Positions 1 through 13,905 are shown, numbered from the whole stretch's first letter. The stretch: 63,972 bases of DNA, filler included, from Choristocarpus tenellus KU-1152 (GCA_964200185.2; 11 parts of 11 records of this genome joined end to end with filler, not necessarily neighbours in it); one strand, 5' to 3'. Numbers and translations are program-made. The notes: a model not told the origin generated them from the letters alone.

Positions 1-11
1 TAAGGTACACT

Positions 12-3000
12 TCAATATTGTCCTATTTTGCACACTACCCGCTCACCACATTTTTTTTTAAGTTTCGGCAAGGATCTGATGGCACGCAGAATTGAGGGTT
101 GAGCTCCGAGATTAAATACACACATGGCTAGGTGATCGGCTAATCTTGGTTGGCCTTCCTCGTTGACGGGAATGGGTCGGACAAAATTGTCTACAGTCTG
201 TCCCACTCTGCGGCCAAACGCCCGTGCTGTTTCCCACTCTGGCATGTGCAAGTAAATTGTAGTGCAAAAGTAGTCACCCAAGGGAAATTGTGATGCGAAC
301 TGGCGTGAAAATATTCTTCTACCAACTGGTCCCAAGATGCAAAATGGGTAGTGGCAAAAAACCTTCTGGCATGGCGTTGTGACAATGATTTCCCAGACAG
401 ATGCATGTGTACGAGATTCTGGAGTCACAAGTCGTCTAAGGTTTGCTCGTATGTGTCATGCTTTCTAACCGGGACCAATTTCTTTTCTACCAATGCTAAC
501 GAACAAATTCGGGACCGATATTCGGAGAATACCGAGATCAGGTCAGGGACGGTGACATACTTTCTACCATCTTTTTCCGACAAAAAAAAAAATGATTGAC
601 GTTAGATCCTTGGCCACCAAGGTATTAAGGGCGTATGGTTTGTTGGCTAGTTGAGCTGTGACTGAACTTGTCTGAGTATTGCTCGATCTCAAATTTGACG
701 ATGCCTGAAGTGCCGAAACCACCAATGCATGATCCTGGAGTCGTCTAGTTCTGAAGTCCAATAGGATTTTTTCCACGACGTCTTCTCAAAGGGACGTAAG
801 TGGTGTTGAATTCTCGGACTCACGGCTTTCCTCCAGTACCGCAAACCGATTTGCTGATTGGGCTGACCGTATTGCGGGCTGTCCCTGGGAGGAAACCTTG
901 CTATCCTGCCTTCCTGTAGCAAGCCTCCTAGGACGCCATCTACCGAATCGGTCGATGGAATATCGGTGCTTGGACTAGGTTCTGGGTTCAGGTGGGCCAG
1001 TGGTCTTGCATTTACCCTTGTCCGTTTTGTCACGTTCCCTTTTATTCTCGGTAACTTCCTTGTATGTGGTGGATCCATCCCTCTTAGACTCTCGACCTGA
1101 GTACCACTGTCGTCGTGAGGCAGGGTCCAATCAGTCGTGGGGGGTGTTCAGAATCACCAGTTGTGTCACGGTGGGGTGCTTCCAGCTAACCCAGACCTCT
1201 CTCAGCCATCAAATCTTAGGAGAAGTTTGAAGAGAATCCCAGTTCCGGCAGAGGACGTCACATCTTGGTTATTGTCAACGGCAAGAGGTTGTTGGGAACA
1301 TCACCAATCACAAGGAAACGTGTGCGCAAAGCACTTGTGTGTGCACGCAGATGTGTATCTGAACTGAGATTAGTTCCCAAAGGGACCTGTCCATCACAAC
1401 TCCAATCAATTTGCAGTAAAATGGTGTATCTCATACAATATACAAGGCAGACCAAATTTTACTCTGTGAGACTTCGTCTTGATAGGAAACGAGTGTAATA
1501 ACAGCAACTTTCCTGCTGGACAGTTTGCAATCCTTCCGTGATCTGATTGTGCCCTTCTTCCTGCCCTTGGGGTTGGACCAAAGGCTGCCAGACTCTATCA
1601 ACGTCAACATATTCTCATCAGCAAGGAGTGTGGAAATCTCAGCAGGGAATGTGGAGTCAGAACGAAACAGGTCAGACCCAAAGTTGATTGACCCTGGCAT
1701 CCCGGACCTTATATCCCTGAGGCAGGTGATTAGTTACCCACCAAGGTTATTTTCCACCTCACCTTAGGGAGTACATTTGTTTCGCTGCTGCACTCCTACT
1801 CGTGCCTATTTTCCATGACCAAGCAATCGATTCGGGTGCCATTGGTACCATTGTACACTTGGTGCTACGCCTACATCTCATAACATGCTCGGGAATGCTG
1901 TTGATATCAACGAAATACCTTTTTGGTAGATCACCGGTGAAGGTGCAGTCTACCCCACTGCAGAAACACAGTGTATGATCCCGCTGAATACCTGCTGGCC
2001 TGTTTAGATGCCACAGGATGTTGGATCAGGGGCTTGATCGGCAGCTGGAAGGTCAAATTTTCCAGTAGATTTTCACCAACAGTGATGCGTGATCTCATTT
2101 TGTGTCGAGTTGAATATCTACTTTGGGATGCATTGTGAGACGAAGCGATAGGTTGGGCAAGCAAAGACGTAACCCAGTTGTTGGAGTCCCATGATTTGAA
2201 CCTGGTCCGACGCTGTAAGTTGAGGATAATTTCTGGTCCTTTTCCCTGCAGAATGGGAGGACGTATGGTGTTGGGGATGGAGAGCAAATAACACGTGAAG
2301 GGTCACAACATGGTCATGGCATTTGTTCTGTGCCGATGCAGAGTGTTGATAAACTACTAGTTGATGCAAATGTGGGATAATCGAATAGATATAGTCTCAT
2401 TTTGTACTTTTGACCGGTGAGATGGATCATCCTACACAAGTGATATAGGGTATGTACATTACCTGCAAATTGTAGTTGGAGAAGACACAAGGCTGGTTCC
2501 ACATATGTTGTACAGTCCACAGGACAAAAAAATGTGAAGAAAATGTTGTTTAAGAAAACGTATGCGAGGGGACAAAGAGGAGGCTACAGCTTCAGATAGT
2601 TAGAGAGTGAAAGCAAAAGAACTTCACTGTGAAGGGGGAAAAGAGTAGTAGTAAGAGATCAGACGAGATAGACACACAAAAGCAGAAGAAGAGTACCCCA
2701 TCCATACAAGAGAGACTGACATTCATGTTTGATGAGATCGAGGACGCAGTTTCAAAATGGGGTAGGGTGAGACGATCAATTCCTTATTGACGGGTTGTAA
2801 ATTGAATCAGAAGAAGCGCATGCTACGGTCGTACCACGGGCATATTGTGGGCATACCGCGGAGTGGGTGCTGCAGTTGGGCATTGGGCATTGGGCAGGGC
2901 AGATGAAGGTACTTGTTCTCAGGGTTAGATGTTCTCTCGAAGAGAGGATATGCGCAAGATTTTGTTTACTCGGAAACCCAAACTGTGAACTGTTCTGTTG

Positions 3001-3856
3001 TTTTGAGGGAGGATTATGCTTATTGTTAAGTGTTTTTAGTAGTGTTTTGAGAGGGGCATTCCTCTGTACTGTTCGGGTAAAAGTCCACAAACCTTTTGCT
3101 ATCCCTTTCCTATAATCTCGCAGATGCCGAATAAGTTGAGCTGCCTCCGAAAATACGTGGCAGTAGTGTGTGTTTGAAGTACCGTGGTAACAGGTCTGAG
3201 AAAAGATGCACAGGGTCACGCACAACAACAATATTTCCTTTTGAAGAACATGGGGTGAAGGGGAACTGATAAAGAGGGTATATGTCACGTGTAATTTGTG
3301 TAGTGTACAGGGCTTAGGCATGTGTGAATGGCTGTTCGCAAGGAGGGAACTGAGGTGCCTTACGCTGTACCCTAGGGTCCTCAAATTGCCTCTCACCGTC
3401 ATGCTATTGGACCCCAACACGGATCCTCCACTGTATCCAGTAACAGGAGGTTCGAAAGAATTGCGGGAACCCCTCTCACTTAGATTGTGGCTCGAGGCTC
3501 GCCTTACAAGGCCGCACTCCCAGCCATGCAAATCTCGACGATTTCTTCGTATTGACAATTTTTCTGGATTCTCAGATGACAAGGAGGGGTTGTGGTTGTG
3601 CTGTTGATTTGACGCTGAAGTAAGACCCAGCCCCCCCCTCTTGAAAAAAATCAACGTTGGGTATTCGAAGGGTTTCTGTCCTTGTATTTATGTTGTATAC
3701 GTGTAAGGATTCTGTTGTGTTCGCGAATATCAACATAGTGTGAAAGTTGAAGCGTCGTGTCAACGAATCAGAGTACATGGAAGAAACTCTTGGGAAAGAT
3801 AAAGACTCGTACTCATAAAACGTAAAATCAAACTCTATAGACATGAAAACCATCAT
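12..3856 (-). pseudogene. Degenerate, probably multi-exon coding region of unknown identity
   Basis: Chain of minus-strand ORF pieces (3572-3856, 2776-3654, 1431-1700, 564-776, 12-428) with splice-like sites such as TACAGC|GTAAGG near 3360, broken by stops and frameshifts. No family motif recognised. Confidence 0.3.
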
Positions 3857-4039
3857 TGCAGTCCTATTGATTGGTCGCTACACTAATCAATAAAAAGTCA
3901 ACAAGAACATAGGACCTTGAATGCGTTTTCTGTTAGTATGACATAATATTAATTTGCTTCTCTACATATATATTTCGACAGTAAGAAAAAAAACCTGTTC
4001 ACAAACAAATATGATATGAAGTTAAGTATTTTTCTATTA

Positions 4040-4900
4040 TATACATAAAATAGTTGCAAATGTGAAAAGGTATCTCTCCAAAATCTATTTACTATTTGAC
4101 AACCAACTACACCACTCTGCCGTAAATGGGATTTGACAGCCCCTTTCCTGTTGTAACCTCCGGACCCTCTCCCCCCTGCCTTGTGTGTAGTCAACTAAAC
4201 CAGAAAACTTTCTGCTTGCTTACCGAGCCGCCCAAAATGTTCCACGGTGGAAGTGTTGTGAGGTTACAACTACGAGGGTCAAAAGAACCCTCGAAGTGGG
4301 TGCGATTTCGCCGCCCAGTTGTAGCAGAACCTACACCATTGCTAATTGATGAGTAAGGTAGATAGGAGGCTGCTTGCACTTCTGCAAACGTAATATCCAG
4401 GAGGATGCCTTTTGTCTTGGTAGGGAGCCAACCCAGCGTTCGCAAGTACCCCAGCATGGAAGACCACATCCATGCGGAAATTCATGTCTACTGTGGATGG
4501 ACCACCGTCCTTCATAGTGCAAGGGGTGCCATGTCCTTTCGGAGTTGACCTAGATGCTTCACCACTGGTGTGTGTTGCCGTACCTGTCCCCCTGCCCTAG
4601 GGCAGGTACGAGCATATCTAGTGTCAACACTAGGCCTCCTGCACCCAGCCACTGGACACCTGTTGGATAGGGCCTCCTCCCCCCCTAGGGATCTTCTAGT
4701 AGTGAGCCTAAACTCTACGGGAGAGATCTGGCATGTTGGTTCTGGGGGTTGTGCGGAGGTCCATGTATTTGCCCCTTATCCACATTATTGGCTCTGGTGG
4801 TGGGCCAGGACTAGCGAAGAAATATCCCTCCATTTTATCAGTCCTTTTTCCTTGTCTGTTACTTTTGTAACTTATCTTTACAACTTGTCAAGAACTCTTC
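4040..4900 (-). mobile_element. Decayed non-LTR retrotransposon 3' end (CRE/RLE type: CCHC knuckle plus restriction-like endonuclease), copy 1
   Basis: Across frameshifts the minus strand gives CPVAGCRRPSVDTRYARTC (knuckle), PVVKHLGQL, RMDVVF, LLDITFAEVQAASY and VEHFGRLGKQAE. This is the motif order of RLE-bearing LINE C-termini. Confidence 0.7.
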
Positions 4901-5186
4901 ATTCCGCCATTTTCCATTCTGTTACCTACGTTGACTTTTTAATGCACCCATCGATTTGATTGTGACAGGTAAACTACTACCTTGAAATTTACCTGTCATC
5001 ATCATCAACAAAAAACAATTTTTCGGGGATATATTTTCCTTTTCTTCCAATGCTTTGTTTTGTTTATTACAAATTGTTCCCTTTATCAGAAACTACTACT
5101 TTGGCATTATCCCCTACTTCTTTATGATGGATATGAGATAACTCAAATTCACAGTAGTATGTAGTAAATTGGCAATGATTCCCTAC

Positions 5187-5264
5187 CACATCTCCAAAAT
5201 GTCAGAGGGCATAATAATATATTTTATTAAACTTGACAATGATCTTAATATTATTATGCCCTCT
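5187..5264. repeat. Small foldback element, copy 1
   Basis: Perfect 17-bp inverted repeat AGAGGGCATAATAATAT (5204-5220) / ATATTATTATGCCCTCT (5248-5264). The same arm occurs near 18744 and 19532. Confidence 0.7.
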
Positions 5265-5324
5265 ACTAAGTTAAGTCAGACGGTATAAAAATACCATAAA
5301 ACATACACGATAGGAGACTAATCT

Positions 5325-5897
5325 GGCGTTCGGAAGTACCCAGCATAGAAGACCACATCCATGCGGAAATAAATGTCCACTGTGGATGACCCACCGTCCT
5401 CTCCATAGTGAAAGGGGTGCCGATTCCTTTCCGGAGTTGACCTAGGAGTTTCACCATTGGTGTGTGTCACAGTATCTGTTTATAGAACAGGTACGAGAAT
5501 ATCTAGTGTCAACACTAGGCCTCCTGCACACAGCCACTGGACACCTGTTGGATAGGGCCTCTCCCTCCCTAGAGATCTGCTAGTGGTGAGCCTAAACTCT
5601 ACGGGAGAGATCTGGCGTGTTGGTTCTGGGGGTTGTGTGGAGGTCGGCGTATTTGCCCCTTATCCACATTGACTCTGGAGGTGGGCCAGGGTTAGCGAAG
5701 ACCTTTCCGTCCATTATATCAGTCCTTTTTCCTTGTCTGTTACTTTTGTAACTTATCTTTAACTACTTGTTGAGAGCTCTTCATTTCGACATTTTTCCAT
5801 TCCTATTACCTACGTTGACTTTTTAATGCACCCATCGATTTGATGATGACAGGTAATCAACTACTATCCTTAAATTTACCTGTCATCATTATCAACT
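5325..5897 (-). mobile_element. Second, locally duplicated copy of the CRE/RLE LINE fragment (duplicate of about 4436-5007)
   Basis: Visible direct repeat, e.g. GAAGACCACATCCATGCGGAAAT and GTGTCAACACTAGGCCTCCTGCAC in both copies. Encodes AHLQSQCG*GA...SPVEFRLTTSRSLG. Confidence 0.75.
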
Positions 5898-6835
5898 AAA
5901 ATGGAAGCATAAAGTATTTTTTACTGTCTGAGTTAACTCGGAGGTTACAATAATATGAACATCATTGTCATTTTACTACGTGCTATTATTGTGAATTATG
6001 AGGTATCTACCACCCACCATAACAAAAGTAGGGAATACACAGTTGGTTACCGGATACCCCGAAATTAGCTCTTGTGGTTGGTGTCTTATTGTGCCACTTT
6101 GGGCATGGTCAGTGGGACAAAAATGACACGGTTATGTTGCAAGAACTGGGGTGGTGTTGGTTGAGGAGTGGAGTATAATAGCACTAAAGACGAGGGTGTA
6201 ACTAATTAATCCAGAATTGTTCAGGAAAGCAAATGTTGTAGTGATTCTGGCAAACAACCACTTTTCTCCTCTGTGACATTCTCGAAAATAGAAGAAAAAG
6301 GGTTCATACACTTCACAACACCATCGTATTTCATGACGGATCAAATTCTTTGAAGTGTGGTCATCCTCGTAACTATACCAGCAGAAAATATCGATTTTGT
6401 TCTACCTCAAAGAAGTTTACTTGAAGATGACCGACAAAATGTAAGTGTTACAGTATTTTTATACTTTATAACTTAACTTACAGGAATAATAATATGAAGA
6501 TCATTGTCAATTTACTATGTGCTGCTTATAGTTATGAGGTATGTCACACCGATTAAAAAAAAGTAGAATTTGAGAAAAGGGAACGAGGTGTAAAAAAAGC
6601 ACGGGACGAAAAGGAAAATATATTTAGAAAAATGTAAGTTTGTACTCCATCTCAAGTAAACTTCTTTGGTAGTATGTGCAACGATAGTAGGCTTGATCCA
6701 GTAGATATTCTTCATAAAACTCAGGATGTGGACAAATGAGTTCACTCAGAGAGTTAGAATCAGGTTTCTTTTTATCGATCCCATAAAAGAAAAAGCAGTG
6801 GTGTTTTTTTTTTTCTCTTTGATTGGTATCCCCCC

Positions 6836-6935
6836 NNNNNNNNNNNNNNNNNNNNNNNNNNNNNNNNNNNNNNNNNNNNTTAATTAATTAANNNNNNNNN
6901 NNNNNNNNNNNNNNNNNNNNNNNNNNNNNNNNNNN
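6836..6935. other. Artificial contig-joining spacer (N44-TTAATTAATTAA-N44). Identical spacers at 14686-14785, 18368-18467, 22843-22942, 30295-30394, 33942-34041, 47709-47808, 51595-51694, 58346-58445 and 61373-61472
   Basis: Identical 100-bp N-flanked linker giving stop codons in all six frames. Confidence 0.98.
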
Positions 6936-7181
6936 CCCTCCTTGCCCATCTCCCTGGTGACTCTAGCTTAAAACGCATGACTCGCCGAGCTAATGCTACT
7001 TGTCCTATATATTCCCACTTCCTTTCAACTAACAATGCCACGAACGCCTCTGTCGTTTTATAAAATCAATATTCTTGAGAGAAACTAATATTTGAATATC
7101 ATGGAGATTGTAGTCACACACTACAACAGACTTAATGAGTGGAAACGTTGTCGAACTTTAATCTACTTAGGGTGTACCAAG

Positions 7182-10100
7182 ATGATAGACGAGGTTGAAA
7201 CTGGGGAAGGCTCGCACCAAGCTCTCACAGGGAGCCCTCATGTTGGCATTAATACGATGACCTGCTTGAGCTTTCGGATCACAGGCCCTGCTAGTGTGAA
7301 GCGTATACAGCCACTCCTCAGACGGAACTGGGGGGGGTATGAAGTTGTCTGGTCACAGAGAGGAATGTCAGCATGCCCTAGGAAGGGGAGAGGAGCCGAG
7401 GAAAAAGATGAAGTAGTAAGAAAAGGTGGATTTGTTGAAGGGGAGTTGGATTTCGTGTGGGAGACAACGGTGTCCAAGGACTGGAAAGAGGCTCACAGGG
7501 CTGCACGAGTACTCAATCGCCTTAGTGGAGCTCAGGTGTGCCTTTTGTTATTACTTCTTCTTTCTTCTAGGGCTATTTTGGCTTTCAGGGAACTGGACAC
7601 TACTAATAAGCAACATGATACCAATCACATGAACACCAAAAGAAGTATCGTTCAACAATGTAGGTTGGATCCCCGAAGTAGTAACCATCGGTGATTCATG
7701 GCAAGTGAGGCGAGAAGTATACCAAACCTTTTTATCGTGGATTTGAACAGCCCATGATATCTAACCGACATGAACACCTCCACAATTAAATCATGAGATA
7801 CTGGTGACGATTTCTCTGAAGGTGTTGGAGGACAAAGGCAACCTTGCACTCCTGCAACGCAGAATGTGGGCGCCAACCCTTGAATCCTACGTTGCGAACG
7901 GGCGCGACGAGGTACAGCTGTGGGCACAAGAAAGGTGGGGGGTCAATGGAGTTGATAGTGAAAAAATTCTATCGAAAGGTCGTCCCTGTCGCCAAGGTGA
8001 AGGCATTGCAAGTAAGAGAGCCAAGGAGGCTTGTCCTGGTCCATACTTACGTTCAACAAATGCAAAGGAGATGGAGGTAGATGTTGATGGAGTTGAGAAA
8101 GACTGGTGGTGTACCAAGGCCACCTGTGGGAATGGGGGGATGGATATCTGGGTGATGCACAATCGCAACTGGACAAGTATTGTAAGAGAGTTGAGCAAGG
8201 AAGAGGAGTATGTCATTCAGGTGAGGGTAGCAGGCCCATGTTGACCTCTGACCCACTGTGCCTGTACTGTAGAGGTCTAGATGTAGTGAAGAGATTATCC
8301 TGAGCAATGTTTTGCGCAATTGCACCGTGTCTTACATTCCTACGTTGACGTACTGGCTCCAACACTTGGTGACGTAGTCATGCTTGATACATGTGACAGC
8401 CATTTTCGGTGGATGTTCTGGAAATCTGGGACCAATGTAAGTTCCACGCTCATGTTCCATGGTCATCTCGGTCCTTCTTAAGCTCTATTTCTATTCCACT
8501 GCCTTTACTGCAAACAGTTTTGTGCAGTTCACTTCATGTGAAGCCCAGAGAGGAAGAGTCTCTTGGAACACTCCGCCACACCTACGTTAGAGCTTCATTG
8601 AGTGGACAAGGTTGTAACTCCCACCCGACCCTTTGGATTCCTTTCTGTTCCCTCACAACGCCTCCCCAGCGTTATGTGATCAACCCCATGCTGTGGCGAG
8701 GGCACAAATTCCACTTTCGACTGTACGCAGCCCTGTCTGCAGGACTACAATCATGGATGTACAAGAAGGCGTACTTGCTATCCGCCAGTCACTTGTACTC
8801 TGTTGTCCAAGGTGGGACAGAAGTTGAAGATGAATTGATGCACATCAGCAACCTTGCCACCAACAAGCACACGAAGGGGCACCCTGGTCAAGTGAGTTGG
8901 TGAGATATTTTTGTCCGTTGGTTGCCTTGTGAAGTGTCATTTTTGAATTCTGTTACATACCGCTTTTTAGTTCCACATCACGTTGCTAGCCCCTCTCGAG
9001 AATTTTTTTAAGACCGAGGATGTTGGGGACAAAGATATCCCACTGGCTCTATTTCTTTATTTTTACACAACAATAAGTCATAATAATATAATATTGATAA
9101 TGCAACATTGGCTAGTTTTTTGTATCATGTCCTCTACCCCCTCGACATTGATACAAGTCTGGGTGGGTGTCAAATTCATGTTTTGGCAGGGGATAGCCTG
9201 GGGAAAGGTTTCAAATCTGCAGATACACAGATTTCCAGGTTGCACCGTCAGGAGGAATTGTTAGATGTGTTCAGATTTAAGGTGGAAGTTACATTAATTG
9301 GTAGGAATCGGAACAGACTGTGATATTCATGTCTGGAGTTTGTTGAATTGTTATTCATTAGTCTGGAAGGATAAATATTCTAGAAATAGTTCAATGTATT
9401 ATTCAGCCATTTTTTAATCTGAAAATGGCAAGATTGCAAGCACCGCGGCAAACTTGGTGTCTTATACTCTGTAAGGGGGGTCGTGTGAGACTCGGGCCCT
9501 GTCTCTCTAGTCCCCTCTGCTGTAAGTTGTGAGTGTGTAATTGCCATTGGTGTACTGATAATAGTTGCCCCGGCTCAGACTGCGAAAGTGCTTTCTAAAC
9601 CGGTGTGGATGTAGCCCTTAAAGCTGGGATGAAATCTGTGGTGCACCACATAAAGTGCTTTGGGCTGTGCACTACCACCTTGTCCCAGAGCTTCCTAACC
9701 CAAGATGCAATAGAAGTGGCTGTTTCTCTTTAAAAAAAAAAACGTAACTCACTACGTGCTTTGTGCTTTGACCTAGAACTACCTGCTCTTAAGCCAATCG
9801 TCAATACGTTTTGTCCTGACATAAGACTTTCCATGTTGCAGAACAGTCTGATTGGCCTTGACATGCACTGGGTACTGGGTACTATAGAGCAGTCTCAACT
9901 GCACTTTGTTCTGGACCAAGTATACAGCTCGTTCCATGTTGTGTGCTGAAATGTACAGGGGAACCACCACTATCTTCGGGAATCACCCGCTTCAATATTC
10001 TTTTTCCTTTCTTGAACACACATTCAAAATCAAACCCTATCCCCAGCACTAACCCTAACCTTAAACCTAGCCCTAACCTGTGTGTGAAAAATAATCTTAA

Positions 10101-12266
10101 GCTTTGTTTGAAGAAGAGTGAAGCAAAAGGTTCCTTAGGCTCATTGCAGTGTTTGACATTCTTGAGTTGTGTCTTGCCTTGGATGAAGTGCCTTGCCCTC
10201 GAAAAAGAAACAAATGAGCACATAGAACTGTGGTTCAAGGGAGTGGAAGGGTAGAGCTCTGTGGCACAGCAGTGCAGTGCTCTGTAGTCAAACAAGACGA
10301 TGAGATTAGGTGGAATACCAGCAAGTAAAAGATGCCCTGGAGTAGAGGGACCTAAACATACTTCGTGTGCGATTTGCTATAGAGCTTTCGGGGCCAGAGT
10401 TGTCTCCCCCTTGTTCAGAATGTTCAGAATGCAGAAATTGTCCTCACAGGACATGTCAGCAGCAAACCGCACACCAACCGAAGGCAGTGCATGAGGCTCT
10501 GCGAGCACTTGCTCTCTCCCTTCACTCTCAATAAACATAAGTAGGTCTCCTCACCACAGCACGATTATTCCTGATAACTAAGGCTCGGAAGCAAAGAGGG
10601 CATGGTCAACCCTTGCTTATACAACGTCTAGTTGTATCCGCGGGTTGACAACCAAGCTATTTCCTAAAGCTCCTCTTCTCCCACCGCACACCCATGCTGG
10701 AGTCCTTTTCCAGGTCCCTTGCAATCTTCCTGCGGAATACCCTGCACTTTGGCCTCAAATGAAAGCCCTGATGACCTCTTTAGTGGAAGCTGCTTCTCCG
10801 TTCATGGCACACCAGGCAAGGACCGGACACTTTGAGTTTCTTGGCCTGGACGTCATCGCTGATGCTGAGGGGGGTGTTTGGCTGATGGAGGGTGAGTATG
10901 CTGGGCAGATGCATACTGCCTCTTTGAAAAGTACTATATTTTTGTGCTTGTTGTTTGTCTTTTTTTTGGGGGGGAGGGGTAAGCTAGGGAGGACAATAGA
11001 TGTTCTTCGTCCAAGGTTGGGTACATGTTTGCCTTAATGTGGAGCCTCCGTAGAGGAGTGGTTGTTGGTTTCATTGGGTGCATGGAAAGTTAGGCAAGTG
11101 CTTTTCTAAGGCCACTTCAGAGGTGCTACATGCCTCCCATCCCCACTGTATACTCTGAAGCAGTTTTGTCAGTAATTATTTCCAAGAGTATGATAACTAC
11201 GTAACCCCTGTACACATTGCTACTGATATTGTCCCTTCTATTTGTTTCCTTCCTGTAAACCATAGTGTTTTACCTGACCTGAAGTACACTGATGTACCAG
11301 GATCTCAATTGTCACTGCATAGTATTACCTTTCTTTGGTTCCATACAAAGCTGTGTCACTTTCGAATAGAGCAAGGGCGGAGACAGACACATTTCACACT
11401 TTTTCACTATATGACCTCTACTCTCACTGCCTTAAAACGGCCAGTCAATCGCCTTCCAGGCCTGCAGAGCTCCAGGCAGAATAAGGAGGAGGAGGATGTA
11501 TTCTATGACACTATGGTGGTGGACCTCCTTCAGCTTCTTGTCCTTCCGGCTCTTGTTGGATGCCAACCCAAACTGGGCTATTTTGAGGCAAGCCCAGATG
11601 TAACTGTCAAAACGCTTTCCCAACTTCTTGATATGTTTTGCTCCAGAATATAAAGAGTATCTCAACGACTTTCTGGTTCACTGGTTGTTTGTATTTTCCA
11701 TGGGCGGAAATATATAACCTTGTGTGAGCCCAGGTCGGACTGTTTTTGAAGTAAGGTAGGATATTGATATACAAGAGTTCGGATTTTTGAGATGCTTTTT
11801 TTCCCTTATGATACCCCATCCGACTTGCCTCTATGACTAAGAAAAAAAACTGTTGATGACATAAGTTAATTATATACACAATTTATAGTAAATCCACAAC
11901 ATCATGCCACTCCGCTGGCTGCCGCTTTCTTAGCAAAAATTCGAGAACTTTTCGGGGTAGTTGGTGACCACCTGAGTGAAATGGTTCCTTTTTAATATCC
12001 CGGTACAGTACAATGTTGGCATACTTTTGTGTTGCTTAGAAGACACGTTCACTTCCCTATCCAATATTAACCGACTTCTCCACCGCATTACACACATTTT
12101 TCAGGCGGTTAGCCCACCTTTCCCAGGGGTGAATGCAGAATCCTCCGAAACATGGAAGAATGTACTGGAGTTTGCTGCTTTTAAACGGCGCTGCCTTTAT
12201 GACAAACTTGGACCCCAGAAAATTTCTTCGAAGTGTGATGGTGCTGCAGAGGTTTCCGGCAGTTGA
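7182..12266 (+). CDS. Tubulin-tyrosine ligase-like (TTL/TTLL, ATP-grasp) protein, about 485 aa. Exons 7182-7535, 7822-8220, 8670-8891, 10714-10891, 11445-11587 (or 11599), 12105-12266
   Basis: Phase-compatible splice sites join DKGNL, WCTKATCGNGGMDI, YVIQRYVINPML, KFHFRLY, MHISNLATNK, FEFLGLDV and WLMEVNRLPGL, the canonical TTL motif series. Subfamily not assigned. Confidence 0.9.
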
Positions 12267-12335
12267 GTGAGCCTGACTGCATTTGAGTCATGTGCAATGG
12301 CAAGTTGGTCAGCCTATTTTCGTGCATTTGGGTGC

Positions 12336-12339
<4 letters not shown>

Positions 12340-12377
<38 letters not shown>
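12340..12377. repeat. (CT)n microsatellite
   Basis: Direct reading. Confidence 0.95.
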
Positions 12378-12379
<2 letters not shown>

Positions 12380-13659
12380 ACTCTTGCTTGGAATTTGGCA
12401 CCCCATGCACTCGCACGTGACCATCAAGAGTATGGAAAGCCTGCTCCATTTTGCATTTGGTAGTGCAAGTGATTGATTTGTTGACTGCACACGCAAGGCC
12501 AAAAGCCAGTACTAAAATCTTTAAGCTAATCACTCTAGTGGCAACTGTCTACCATCAGCATCTCTTGAAGGAGTGAGTGAGTTCCGCTAAAACCGTTCAA
12601 CATATTTCCTTTTGTGGAACTTGTTGGTGGACTACTGGAGAAGCACACAGAACGGTACATCTCCTGTACCCTCCTGTCCTATCCCATCTTAATCACAAAA
12701 AAAGAGCATGGAAAACCTGATTAATGGTGGTAAGGGTTCATTACGGACTGGCAAGTACTACACTGTACTACGATTCAAGGGAGGCTGAGCAACAAGCAGA
12801 GAGGTCACTCAGCCCAACGCATGGGAAAGAATGCAACATATATACGGCCTAGTACAATATGTGGTACTAATTATTGCTGGGCAACAACAATTCGTTTTGT
12901 ACTTCATGAAAAGTACAGTATTACTGACGTGAGTAGTACCTCTGACCACAAGTCGGGGTGAGGTAGGGCCAACCTAGGCACCTAGTTCCAGAGAAAATAA
13001 AGTGTAGATAATAGAGATGCATTTAACTGTCGTTACTGATAGCTTCTCTTTATTAGTCCGTTGACTAACCTGACCTGTGGTCAGAAGCACTACAATATAA
13101 TCTGCTGCACTACGACTGAATCTTGATAATTCAGTGTAATGCCTCTGTTCATGGCTTGCTCCTCACACATTTGGTTCAGGCATCCTACCACTATTACTCT
13201 TAGCTCCGTTTCCTCCCTTGAACTTGTGCAATGTGTAGTACTTGATGGCATTGCCGGGCCTTGTCGAGTGTAGCGTTCTGACCAGGTACGTGCAGGGGGT
13301 CTTTTTGCCAAGTGATGTAAGGCATTGTGTATTAAGGTGTGTATATGTGCGACAACCACATCTGTCACCTAAGGAGTACTATGTATGTACTTTTGTGTCC
13401 CCCACTCTGCTGCTAGCACGGTGAACATAGTCAAAACGACGGTGCCTCGTCCTGGGACCTCTACGAGGTTCCCCTCCTCCATCAGATGTTCATACATACA
13501 TGTGGCTTGCCCCGGCATGGTTGTCACATATTCCTAAGATACTCTAAGGTCATCCCTAGCAGTGACACTGTATAGGACCTGGCTAGGTGCAGTGTTGACA
13601 TGTAAAGTTGTCCATTTCCTCCTTTTTTTTTGTTACTTCCGCCCCCCTTTCCCCAGATA

Positions 13660-13737
13660 CCTGTCTTCCTTCCTATGTGTGTCCCCTGTCTTCCTTCCTA
13701 CGTGTGTCCCCTGTCTTCCTTCCTACGTGTGTCCCCT
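13660..13737. repeat. 25-bp tandem repeat x3 (CCTGTCTTCCTTCCTACGTGTGTCC)
   Basis: Direct reading. Confidence 0.9.
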
Positions 13738-13905
13738 AGTGATGTTATTCTGTACAACAGCCCTAAATTTTAGGAGATCAGTGCTGTTCATAGTAGTCGT
13801 ACCTAGATGCGCATGTTCTAGCTACTTCCCATAGAAAACGAATTGTGAGTTGGTAGGTACATATGGTGAAGGACTTTGGAGAGGTTTTGCAGGTGTGCTG
13901 CTTTA

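Noticed and set aside
13090-13368. Vague dynein-heavy-chain resemblance
   Set aside because: No diagnostic motif and no supporting exons in the block.
13660-13737. CRISPR-like repeat (also 36071-36120)
   Set aside because: Head-to-tail tandem repeats with no spacers and no cas genes, in a eukaryotic context.
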